Sequence record: OR805292.1 | Length of the DNA: 64,000 nt | Reading direction: 5' to 3' (one strand) | Shown here: positions 45,385 to 54,265 of the stretch, in pieces | Position numbering within the stretch: the stretch's first letter is position 1 | Layout: each line of letters opens with the position of its first letter | Program-made: the position numbers and the translations under genes | Notes under the pieces: generated by a model | The model's database searches: none | Told to the model about the DNA's origin: nothing | What the model saw: the letters and a program-made list of their open reading frames with translations, nothing else

Positions 45385-45738
45385 ATGATCGTTAGCGAGA
45401 TTATATATTCTATTTTCATAGCTGCATTAATAACAGTTATGACTATACTATATATAAGTCTCAGAATAATAACATGTAAGATATTAAATAAGTCATTAAA
45501 GATTTCAGCTAATGTAATTATATATGGTACCTCTAATATAGAATATGTATATATTCCCGAAATAAAATATAAATTTCTTTCTTTTAAAATAACACATTCT
45601 GGTTTAGTTATGTTTGACAAAGAGTTTGGATTTAGGACACTAAACGATGCTATAAATGCATTAAATATGTATGTAGACGCCGATATTATAAAAATAGTAT
45701 ATAAAAAGGTACCCACATTTTATACTTGGCACGAATAA
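45385..45738 (+). CDS. Membrane-anchored hypothetical protein (paralog 3)
   Basis: ATG 45385 (track start 45358); single N-terminal TM; FRTLNDAI motif. Confidence 0.6.
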   Translation: MIVSEIIYSIFIAALITVMTILYISLRIITCKILNKSLKISANVIIYGTSNIEYVYIPEIKYKFLSFKITHSGLVMFDKEFGFRTLNDAINALNMYVDADIIKIVYKKVPTFYTWHE

Positions 45739-47234
45739 TGGACAACTTTGATATAGAATTAAAAGAACTCATAAAAAATACAAATCCTAACGCATTAGGA
45801 AATGTAGTAAAAAGTAAAAAAGAAATATATGAGGAATTAGTTCGTCGAACTAATTCCTTTCTTCGTGACGACGTTTCTGTAACAGAAAGGATTCATATAT
45901 ACTTAAATCCGGCTGATAATGTTTACTGTAAGTATGATAACAAACGGACACTAAAGCGAAATAAAGATACAAAACAAACCCAATACGGATTTTGCGGAAA
46001 TAAAAGTAAATGTAAATGTCATATGGAATGGTCTTTAAAAAATCATCCAGGCATGACACAATCCGGAAAAGAAAGTATGAAAACAAAGAGGATAAAAACT
46101 TGGATAGAAAAATACGGTGTCGATAATCCATCTAAGTCAAAAGATATTATTGCAAAACAGCAATTAAGTAAAAAACATATAAAGCCAGATCATAGAACTA
46201 TAAAGGAATTGGGATATAAAAAAGTAGTAGAACGACTTTCTAACATACTCACCCCTACATTTAGTATAGACGAGTACGAAGGGTGCTTTAGAAAAAATGT
46301 GTATGACTGGGTATGCAATGCATGCGGAAATATAGTTATCGGACACGTAGATTATGGGTCTACTCCGAGGTGCAATGTTTGTAATCCTTTAACAAAGTCT
46401 GCCGGCGAAAATGAAATATCTAACTATATAGTATCGCTAGGTTTTGATGTGATTAACAATGACCGATCTATATTATCTAACAAAGAATTAGATATAGTAA
46501 TTAAAGGTACAAACATAGCAATAGAATATAATGGTTGTTATTGGCATTCTACAAAACACAGAAAAAAATCATATCATGTAGATAAATTTATAGAATGCAG
46601 AGATAAAGGAATAAAGTTAATACAAATTTTAGATGTAGATTGGATATCAAAACAAGACATAATAAAATCAAGGTTAAAATCTATTTTAGGTTGTAGTGAT
46701 AGAATATATGCAAGGAATACAACTATAAAAGAAATAACATTTAACGAATCTTTAACTTTTTTAGAAGAAACTCACATCCAAGGTTCTTGTCAATCATCTG
46801 TAAGACTAGGTCTATATGACAGTGAGAATATGTTAGTAGCCGTAATGACATTTGGGAAATCTAGATATACAAAAGAGGAATATGAATTACTTAGATATGC
46901 TAGCAAAAATACTGTTGTAGGAGGAGCCAGCAAACTTCTTAAATATTTCATAAAAACCTATTCCCCCAAATCTATCATTACATACGCAGACAGGTGCTGG
47001 TCAGATGGAAATTTATATAAACAACTCGGGTTTACAAATGTAACTAAGAATGACAGAAATACAGGATATTGGTATATAAAAGACAACATAAAATATCATA
47101 GATCTAATTTCATAAAATCTAAGATTTCTAATAAAAATAATTTACATCTAAGCGAATCGGAAATAATGGATAGTTTAGGTTATTTAAAATATTACGATTG
47201 CGGCAATTACAAATATACATTGCAGGTACGCTAG
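45738..47234 (+). mobile_element. Free-standing putative homing endonuclease (paralog of 28209-29891)
   Basis: ATG 45738 overlaps the upstream TAA. KYGVDNPSK repeat and Zn ribbon, then KSAGE...ELDIVIKGTNIAIEYNGCYWHS...IQILDVDW and the same YARN...HIQG...YADRCWS...YYDCG C-terminal module. Confidence 0.78.
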
Positions 47235-47289
47235 CATAATGTTATACTTGTAACGTAACACAAAACATATCATTTTAACGGAGCATTAT

Positions 47290-48474
47290 ATGTCCACTAA
47301 AACCCTAGAAGAACGCATCATCCGCGCCCGTGTTCAGTTGCTGTTGAACCATCCGTTTTTCGGGACCTTGGCGCTGCGCCTTAAACTAGTCGAGGCGAAC
47401 GACTGGTGCCCTACTGCCGGTACTGATGGACGCCATCTTTATTATAATACCAAGTTCCTCGAAGACTTGGACGATAAGGAACTTATCTTCCTCATCGGTC
47501 ATGAGGTAATGCACGTCGTCTACGACCACATGGGGCGGCGTGGCAGCAGAGAGCCTAAACTGTGGAACTGTGCTGCTGACTTTGTTATCAACCTCGAATT
47601 GCACGATATGAAGATCGGCAAGCTTATCCACCGTCCGGGTACTTGCGAGCCGTGCTTTGACGAAAAGTACCGCGGAATGTCCGCTGACCAGATCTATGAA
47701 CTAATTAAGAAAGACCCGTCGCTAAAAGATAAAGATAGCTTCGACGTTCACCTCGAACCCGGTGGTGCCGGGAATGAAGACGGCGATGCTTCTGGCAAAT
47801 CCGGTCCTATCCCTATGTCTGCAGATGAGCAAGCTGCTCTTCGGGACGAGATCACTGAAGCTGTTCTTCAGGCTGCTAAAGCTGCTGGTGTCGGCAACAC
47901 TCCGGCAGGTGTGCGTCAGATGATCAGTGACATCACTGAACCTAAACTAGATTGGCGCGAATTGCTAAACCAGACTATTCCGTCGCACATTAAATCCGAC
48001 TATATGTGGACTCGTCCGTCGCGGAAGAGTTGGGGAACTGGTGCGACTCTGCCGGGTCAGATTGTTGATGACAAAATCGATGTTATCCTGGCACTAGACG
48101 CCTCTGGTTCGATTAGCTCTTCTCAGCTAAGGGATTTCTTAGGAGAAGTGTTAGGAATTATGGAACAGTTTAGTGACTTTTCCATACAAGTACTAACGTT
48201 TGATACTAGAGTGTATGAATTCCGAAAATATACTCCCGACAATGCAGACGAAATCTATGAGTATCCCCTTAAAGGCGGCGGCGGCACCGATTTTGTGGCT
48301 GTGTTTAACTTCCTTAAAGATACGCTCACTGAACCGCCGCATCAGTTAGTATTCTTCACTGACATGGAAGTGTATGACTACGGCGATCCTAACTATTGCG
48401 ATACTGTGTTTATAAACCACGGTCGCAAAGGTGTAACTGCACCGTTTGGCATCACCATAGACTACGACGAATAA
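47290..48474 (+). CDS. Metallopeptidase-VWA protein (DUF2201-type), partner of MoxR ATPases
   Basis: GHEVMH (HExxH), WNCAADFVIN, MIDAS LDASGS, GGGGTDF and VFFTD; GC-rich. Confidence 0.88.
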   Translation: MSTKTLEERIIRARVQLLLNHPFFGTLALRLKLVEANDWCPTAGTDGRHLYYNTKFLEDLDDKELIFLIGHEVMHVVYDHMGRRGSREPKLWNCAADFVINLELHDMKIGKLIHRPGTCEPCFDEKYRGMSADQIYELIKKDPSLKDKDSFDVHLEPGGAGNEDGDASGKSGPIPMSADEQAALRDEITEAVLQAAKAAGVGNTPAGVRQMISDITEPKLDWRELLNQTIPSHIKSDYMWTRPSRKSWGTGATLPGQIVDDKIDVILALDASGSISSSQLRDFLGEVLGIMEQFSDFSIQVLTFDTRVYEFRKYTPDNADEIYEYPLKGGGGTDFVAVFNFLKDTLTEPPHQLVFFTDMEVYDYGDPNYCDTVFINHGRKGVTAPFGITIDYDE

Positions 48475-48485
48475 TCGTAGGTTAA

Positions 48486-48519
48486 AACAAAAAAGGGGCT
48501 TATAAGCCCCTTTTTTGTT
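48486..48519. terminator. Bidirectional terminator
   Basis: aacaaaaaaggggct-tata-agccccttttttgtt. Confidence 0.85.
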
Positions 48520-48573
48520 GACTAGTTTTAACTACTTAAAGCGCTGTAGCATAGCTGTACATAAGCGCTAAAT

Positions 48574-48661
48574 TAGCGCAAATTTGCGTGTTTTTATGCG
48601 TTACAATACATAGCTAATACTACGCATGCAAAACGCGCTATAGCGCAAATTTGCGTGTTTT
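48574..48661. repeat. 21-bp direct repeat (48574-48594, 48641-48661) containing palindrome cgcaaatttgcg
   Basis: tagcgcaaatttgcgtgtttt is identical at both positions. Confidence 0.9.
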
Positions 48662-48755
48662 AAGCACATCTACTATGCTTTTTATTTTGCATTGTATTTA
48701 ATGCACAGGGACAGTATTGTATGCTTGTTTGTGTCATATAAGACAATAAAATGTT

Positions 48756-48998
48756 ATGTTACATTATCTTCCAGTTATACTATTCGTTTATGTTATAGGA
48801 AACATATTATCATTGTTTTTATACAATGTAGTATCATACAGCACACTATTTCCATATAGTATGTTACACAAACAAAACCACAAGAAAACTCTGTTTCATA
48901 AATTTATAAAAATGTGGTGGTTTTCCTACTTAAACATTATTGTACTCAGTTGTGCTTGCATATATGTAATAGGCAAAAAATATATAAAGAGAATTTGA
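48756..48998 (+). CDS. Small membrane protein
   Basis: 80 aa, two hydrophobic segments. Confidence 0.5.
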   Translation: MLHYLPVILFVYVIGNILSLFLYNVVSYSTLFPYSMLHKQNHKKTLFHKFIKMWWFSYLNIIVLSCACIYVIGKKYIKRI

Positions 48999-49053
48999 AA
49001 TATTATAAAGATTTTATTAAGATTATGATAAATTTAATATAGAACTAATTTAC

Positions 49054-49084
49054 AAAATAAAAGGGCTTAACGCCCTTTTATTTT
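49054..49084. terminator. Bidirectional terminator at the convergent strand switch
   Basis: aaaataaaagggc-ttaac-gcccttttatttt between convergent genes. Confidence 0.85.
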
Positions 49085-49090
49085 AATCAA

Positions 49091-49411
49091 TTATTCTATT
49101 TTTGCATGAATAGTACATAGCATATTGTGATATGCTTCCTGGTATTCAGATTCTAGTTTAATCATATCTAAGTAGATAAAAATAGCCTCTATTTTGCCTA
49201 ACTTAGACAACCGTTCATCTTTTTTGCTCTTAATTAGATTTCCTATAAACTGTCTGTCAAATTTATTAACAGAACCGTTTTCACAAATAACTTCTACATA
49301 ATCTACATAAGAAAGATGTAAATCGTCTAAGCTTATGCTAGGCAGAAATTCTTCTATATCAAACGAAATCCCCTCCTGTTCGGGGAGTTTTTTAAGATAG
49401 ATTTTGGCCAT
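49091..49411 (-). CDS. Hypothetical protein
   Basis: 106 aa, GGAG SD, TAAATA at 49440-49445 on the minus strand. Confidence 0.7.
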   Translation of the reverse strand: MAKIYLKKLPEQEGISFDIEEFLPSISLDDLHLSYVDYVEVICENGSVNKFDRQFIGNLIKSKKDERLSKLGKIEAIFIYLDMIKLESEYQEAYHNMLCTIHAKIE

Positions 49412-49546
49412 ATATGCTACTCCGTTCTATGCATATAGATATTTAGCAATTATACAAAAATGCATAGTTTTAATAGCACACACAAACACGATGCAGCGTA
49501 TTAGTTAGTTTTATTACCAAGCAAAATTGTGCATTTTTTGCCCAAA

Positions 49547-49572
49547 AAAACAGCCCTAGCTAGGGCTGTTTT
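49547..49572. terminator. 26-bp perfect palindrome terminator
   Basis: aaaacagccctagctagggctgtttt. Confidence 0.8.
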
Positions 49573-49577
49573 GTTAG

Positions 49578-49817
49578 TTAAAGCTTTTCTAAAACAAGTG
49601 TTAGCGCATCTTCTCCTATATTAAAGTGTTGTGTTGCACTAACATGACAAAACTTGCCATATATATCTAATGCAGATATTACAACATCTTCAATAACTTT
49701 TTCTATCATTTCACTAGTATCTTTACATCTACATTTTAGTGTAATGTTATCCATAGTTTCTTCAATGGATATAATATTAATGCCCTTTACTTCTAAAGCT
49801 TCTTTTATTTCTTGCAT
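49578..49817 (-). CDS. Hypothetical protein
   Basis: ATG 49817 sits 1 nt after the upstream TAA (track start 49847). Confidence 0.65.
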   Translation of the reverse strand: MQEIKEALEVKGINIISIEETMDNITLKCRCKDTSEMIEKVIEDVVISALDIYGKFCHVSATQHFNIGEDALTLVLEKL

Positions 49818-49818
49818 T

Positions 49819-50559
49819 TTACTCCGCGCGAGTGGAATCGCGCTCAAGTTTTTGAGAAACCTTAAGTTCTAATTCCTCGACGGCCTTAGCTTTGCTTTCT
49901 TCTAGTAAAGCTCTAGCCTTTTCTTCTTCTCGTTTCTGCCTAGCTTCCCTGCGCTTTTCCTTACGTTTTTCTAGGCGCTCTTTGTAACGTTCTTCTAGTT
50001 CTTCTTCTGTAAGTTCACGCTGACGACCAGGCGCTGGTTTTAGTTCAGGACATAAAGAATATGCAAGCTCTAACTTTGCATCAGCCTCTTCTTTAAGCAA
50101 CCGTGCTTGAACTATAAGACCTTCTGCTCGTTGTTTATCAGTAATAGATTCTTCAACTACAGGTACTGATGCAGTTTCTGTATGTACAGGGTCGGCACCT
50201 GCTAATGCAGCTTCACGTATCTGAGAATTAATAAGTTCTAAAGCAACATTAGTACCTGGGTACGGTTGCATAAAAACCTGTCTAACTTCCACTTTGCGTA
50301 AAAAAGACCGATCGTGCATTGTACGAAGTGCAGGCAATCCGTCACCTAAAAGTTTATTATTCAGGACAGTATACAAATCGACAGAATTTTGTCCTTCTCT
50401 ACTTTCAACTATAGTTTTTAGGTTATCTTGGTACATGTCTGGTAGTCTATCTATTTCAACTACTAAACAATGAGTAGGATCATCGGGTAATTCCCGGAAC
50501 ACGACATACACACGTGTTCCAGTATTAGCGATTTTCCCTATGTGGCGCTTAAGACTCAT
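49819..50559 (-). CDS. Conserved phage hypothetical protein with charged coiled-coil tail
   Basis: 246 aa; KRHIGK...VVFRELP...HCLVV N-terminus. Confidence 0.8.
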   Translation of the reverse strand: MSLKRHIGKIANTGTRVYVVFRELPDDPTHCLVVEIDRLPDMYQDNLKTIVESREGQNSVDLYTVLNNKLLGDGLPALRTMHDRSFLRKVEVRQVFMQPYPGTNVALELINSQIREAALAGADPVHTETASVPVVEESITDKQRAEGLIVQARLLKEEADAKLELAYSLCPELKPAPGRQRELTEEELEERYKERLEKRKEKRREARQKREEEKARALLEESKAKAVEELELKVSQKLERDSTRAE

Positions 50560-50576
50560 TAGGAAATCTCCGTGTA

Positions 50577-50849
50577 TTATTTGGCTTCAGTTTCAGCTTC
50601 TTGCTCTTCTTGTTTAGGTTCAATTGCTGATACAAAAGATTTAACTTTACTAAACACACCACCGACGCTGGCCATTTCTTCTGCGCGGAATGCTCCGCGT
50701 TGGCATGCAACATCAACTATGGTTAGTAAATCTTTAATGTCTTGTACACCTAGACGAGGTTCTTCGCTTGCTTGTTCAGTCATATTCTCTTGATCTACAA
50801 CTTCTTTTTCTACAACTTCTTTTTCTACAGCTTTAGCTTTCTTAGCCAT
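50577..50849 (-). CDS. Conserved phage hypothetical protein
   Basis: 90 aa; IVDVACQRGAFRAEEMASVG. Confidence 0.78.
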   Translation of the reverse strand: MAKKAKAVEKEVVEKEVVDQENMTEQASEEPRLGVQDIKDLLTIVDVACQRGAFRAEEMASVGGVFSKVKSFVSAIEPKQEEQEAETEAK

Positions 50850-51444
50850 TTAACATTTCTCCGTAATTGTGTGTCGGGCTCGATTCAATTTCTGATATAC
50901 ATTTTTTATCAGTAATAATTATTAAGTTTGAATCCCATGGCAAATAAAATTTCCAATCACTATCTCTTATTAAAATAGGTAATTGTTGCCTACGAGAAAC
51001 AAGTTCATAATAAGTAGGTCTATGTGGCATTTTAATGGGAATAATATTCTTGTTATCGCCTTTTTTGTTATTACAAACTTTACATGCAGTGCATATATTA
51101 GTCCAATTTGTCTTACCACCGTATCTCTTAGGTAAAACATGATCTAGTGTTAGCTGTTTAACAGGAAACGTTCTAAAACAAAACTGACACTGATAGTTAT
51201 CCCTTAAATATACGTTGTTTCTGGAAAACTTTGTTTTATGATTCCATTTAATGTATTCAGTTGACATTACAATAGATGGAACCTTCATAGTAATACTGGG
51301 AGAATTAACTTCCCAATTGTCGTAATTTTTTAAAATTTCGACCTTGCCAAGCGATACTAATTTAATACTAGTTTGCCAGTCTACAACAGATAATGGTAAC
51401 ATGCATAACGGATTACCGTCTTTGTTAAGTATCAAAGTATCCAT
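50842..51444 (-). CDS. HNH endonuclease (McrA-like)
   Basis: RDNYQCQFC...LTLDHVLP...GGKTNWTNICTACKVCNNKKG; agaTAAATA at 51461-51466. Confidence 0.92.
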   Translation of the reverse strand: MDTLILNKDGNPLCMLPLSVVDWQTSIKLVSLGKVEILKNYDNWEVNSPSITMKVPSIVMSTEYIKWNHKTKFSRNNVYLRDNYQCQFCFRTFPVKQLTLDHVLPKRYGGKTNWTNICTACKVCNNKKGDNKNIIPIKMPHRPTYYELVSRRQQLPILIRDSDWKFYLPWDSNLIIITDKKCISEIESSPTHNYGEMLNG

Positions 51445-51471
51445 TTATAAACTACACAGTTATTTATCTTT

Positions 51472-51714
51472 TTATTTCATGTATTTCTTTAATTCTTCCG
51501 GAAAACCTTTTAATGTTACAAACACTTGATCTTCCTGTTTTTCGAAATCAATGTTATAAAAAATTTCATTTTTTGTAGGTTGTATTTCTTCTAAAATAGT
51601 ATACTTTCCATCACAATTAGAGTCTAGCCATACACCTAAGTAAAGCTTAAATACCTCTCCTAACCCGTTAGCAGATCGTTGTACACTAAACCTAGTCATA
51701 TTAACAAAATCCAC
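51472..51714 (-). CDS. Hypothetical protein
   Basis: 80 aa, overlaps the upstream gene. Confidence 0.6.
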   Translation of the reverse strand: MDFVNMTRFSVQRSANGLGEVFKLYLGVWLDSNCDGKYTILEEIQPTKNEIFYNIDFEKQEDQVFVTLKGFPEELKKYMK

Positions 51715-51949
51715 TTAATATTCCCGGGTCTACATATTGTGAAAAGTATACAGTAGATCTACTATCTTGTATTTTTATATACCAAGGATATTTTATATTG
51801 GTACTAATAACTGTAATGAGTTTTTCTACTTCATCCTTAGAAATATGGACTACATATTTGTTATAAAGTAAATTAGAATATAGAGTAGTGCCTTTTAATG
51901 AATAAAATTCGTCTTCTGTTAATCTATATTCCCGTGTGACAGAAATCAT
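51701..51949 (-). CDS. Hypothetical protein
   Basis: 82 aa, GGAG SD. Confidence 0.65.
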   Translation of the reverse strand: MISVTREYRLTEDEFYSLKGTTLYSNLLYNKYVVHISKDEVEKLITVISTNIKYPWYIKIQDSRSTVYFSQYVDPGILSGFC

Positions 51950-52033
51950 ATACGTTTCTCCTTTTATTAAAGTATTTATCTACGTATATATTTCCTAAGA
52001 AGGGAAATAACGCCTTCCCTAGCTAGTGTGCAT

Positions 52034-52062
52034 ATTATATAACAGCATATTACCGTTGTCAA
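52034..52062 (-). promoter_or_regulatory. Perfect-consensus sigma70 promoter
   Basis: TTGACA-17 nt-TATAAT on the minus strand. Confidence 0.9.
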
Positions 52063-52069
52063 TATATTT

Positions 52070-52495
52070 TTAACTAGTCTTTGTCAGAAGGTAAGTATGT
52101 TCATTATTGGTATTTTTGTTTGACTGTATTGTGTAACCATATTGAGTAGCCATTTTTGTTGCGAGTCTATTGTATAATTTAACTCTAGATGGCTCAGATA
52201 GATCGGCAGTAAAATATATTTGGTTAGGTTTTAATTCAGAAATAGCACGTTTGGTAATATCTAATATAGTAGAGAATACTTTAAATTCATTGCCAGTTCC
52301 GGTGACCGCAGCATCATAATAATAATCGTCAACATCAACTTCCTTTGCAGTAAACGATATTAATAGTCTTCCATTAACCATAGTTTCTATGACTCTATAT
52401 TTCATATTACCAACAATAAAATATGCATTAACGGTTCCATTAGTGTTGGTATACTGATATTTTTCAATCTGATCGAATAGTTCAAATAAGTGCAT
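52070..52495 (-). CDS. Hypothetical protein, possible head-packaged internal protein
   Basis: 141 aa; MHLFELFD N-terminus; TGTGNEFKVFSTI...IYFTA...RVKLYNRL; late motif agaTAAATA at 52518-52523. Confidence 0.7.
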   Translation of the reverse strand: MHLFELFDQIEKYQYTNTNGTVNAYFIVGNMKYRVIETMVNGRLLISFTAKEVDVDDYYYDAAVTGTGNEFKVFSTILDITKRAISELKPNQIYFTADLSEPSRVKLYNRLATKMATQYGYTIQSNKNTNNEHTYLLTKTS

Positions 52496-52539
52496 AAAAA
52501 ATAGTCCTTAATATGGATATTTATCTTATATATAAATTA

Positions 52540-52562
52540 AAAGGGGAATTAAATTCCCCTTT
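52540..52562. terminator. Intrinsic terminator (near-perfect palindrome)
   Basis: aaaggggaatt-a-aattccccttt. Confidence 0.75.
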
Positions 52563-52566
52563 ATCA

Positions 52567-53313
52567 TTACTTACCTTTTCTTACCAAAATTGACATACAA
52601 TGTGCTAATTCGTCATAGTAATTTGGAAATAATTGCTTTACTTTTTTATGAAAACTCATAGGCATTGTTTTATTTTTATCTGCTATATAGTAATATTCGG
52701 GATCAACTTTCATTAATCTAATAGCATCAGTGCCAGTTAATTGCATTTTATTTAATAATGTTTCAGTTTCCCTAGATTTAGGCAATTTATTATTACATAT
52801 TTCAGAAATTACAAGGCAAGGTTTAATGTTATCTATATTGTTATTTGCTATAAATTCGATAAATTTTGTTCTAAACGAAATTTTAAATAAATGCTCAGGA
52901 ATAGGTGTATTATATACTATTGAGTTTAAATCTAAATCTGTTAATATTTTTGCCATACGTTTTATACCGTCTTTAGAATTATAATAAATTACACGATAGT
53001 ATGGAGTATTATGCCAGACTTGCATATACTTCATTAACACTTTAGGATGAATACTAACAATAGTTTTTAACCGCTCGGTTGGAATAACATCGCCGAATGT
53101 GTGTATGTGTCTAGCAACAAACTTGTCTGACATTTTAGAAACTAATCTAGTTTTTGATGCTGTAGATGCATCTACAGCAGCATGATACAGTAACTCGTCG
53201 TCATTAGAATAATTATTCTCTATTAGTTTTATGATGTTATGTTTTTTGCAATTGTACGTATTTAATAAGATTTCTTTCAAATCTTCTCTTTCTATATAAA
53301 TTTTGTCATTCAT
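52567..53313 (-). CDS. Helical hypothetical protein (paralog trio, member 3)
   Basis: 248 aa; ends KQLFPNYYDEL...ILVRKGK. Confidence 0.7.
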   Translation of the reverse strand: MNDKIYIEREDLKEILLNTYNCKKHNIIKLIENNYSNDDELLYHAAVDASTASKTRLVSKMSDKFVARHIHTFGDVIPTERLKTIVSIHPKVLMKYMQVWHNTPYYRVIYYNSKDGIKRMAKILTDLDLNSIVYNTPIPEHLFKISFRTKFIEFIANNNIDNIKPCLVISEICNNKLPKSRETETLLNKMQLTGTDAIRLMKVDPEYYYIADKNKTMPMSFHKKVKQLFPNYYDELAHCMSILVRKGK

Positions 53314-54265
53314 TTGTTTTTCTTTTTCCTTTGCCTGTAGATAAAATATACATAAAATATTCTTCGTTATTTTTTAATTCAGGATACATCTTAAACATTT
53401 CTGACCAACTAGTTTTTGTTAATTTTTCGAGATGCTTAGGTACTATAGGCTTAAAGGTTGTTGTATATTTCTTAGCAAATGCCACTAAGTTAGCACCTGT
53501 AAACGGAGTGCCGTGTACAAATTCTTTAGAAGAAAGTTCATCCGATATATCGTTTTCGTTAATTTCAAAAAAGTTAACAATATTGTATACATCAGATTTA
53601 GAAATGTACCTATTTTTTATTATATCGTTTTTTATTGTATCTAAAGTAAATATTTGCTTAAGATCGTTTACTGTATCTAAAGCATATTTAGGACACAATT
53701 TATTAGACTTATTAAAGTCAGATACTGTATGTTTAATTGCTGGCGGCAAATGGTAATAATACGAAAATGAATTATAAGTAAATACGAGATTTGCCATACT
53801 ACACAGACGTTTAATATGTTTATCTATTACATTGGCATATAATTTATCATAATTTTTATATGTTTTTAAATTATGTAAATCAGACATATGTATTTTATTT
53901 AAACACAGCATCAATGGAATACAGTCACTGTATCTAGCTGCCACATTATTTACAATAGGTTTACTGTTGAATTTAGATTTAAACTCATTAATTATTTTTT
54001 CATTAAACAAAATAGTAATGTCTTTTATAAGAAATTCATGCAATGCTCTGCATAACCCATCAAACTGTGTACTATTCTTAAATGCATAAAGACTAGTAGA
54101 TAAATTATCATTGTTAAAAAACGATGATAATGCATAGTGTGCATCTGATGAATGTTCTAACGGTATGTCATATCTAATAGAACTTTCTAATATATATTCT
54201 ATATCGTTTCGTTCTACCGAATTCCAGTCAATTTGTGATAACATGTGTGATACTGATTTTTTCAT
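53306..54265 (-). CDS. Helical hypothetical protein (paralog trio, member 2)
   Basis: 319 aa; ends WSEMFKMYPEL...ILSTGKGK. Confidence 0.72.
   Translation of the reverse strand: MKKSVSHMLSQIDWNSVERNDIEYILESSIRYDIPLEHSSDAHYALSSFFNNDNLSTSLYAFKNSTQFDGLCRALHEFLIKDITILFNEKIINEFKSKFNSKPIVNNVAARYSDCIPLMLCLNKIHMSDLHNLKTYKNYDKLYANVIDKHIKRLCSMANLVFTYNSFSYYYHLPPAIKHTVSDFNKSNKLCPKYALDTVNDLKQIFTLDTIKNDIIKNRYISKSDVYNIVNFFEINENDISDELSSKEFVHGTPFTGANLVAFAKKYTTTFKPIVPKHLEKLTKTSWSEMFKMYPELKNNEEYFMYILSTGKGKRKTNE

Noticed and set aside
49654-49872. Plus-strand ORFs in the minus-strand block (also 50572-50793, 51344-51529, 52730-52984, 53331-53756)
   Set aside because: Antisense shadows of coupled minus-strand genes that have SDs and promoters.
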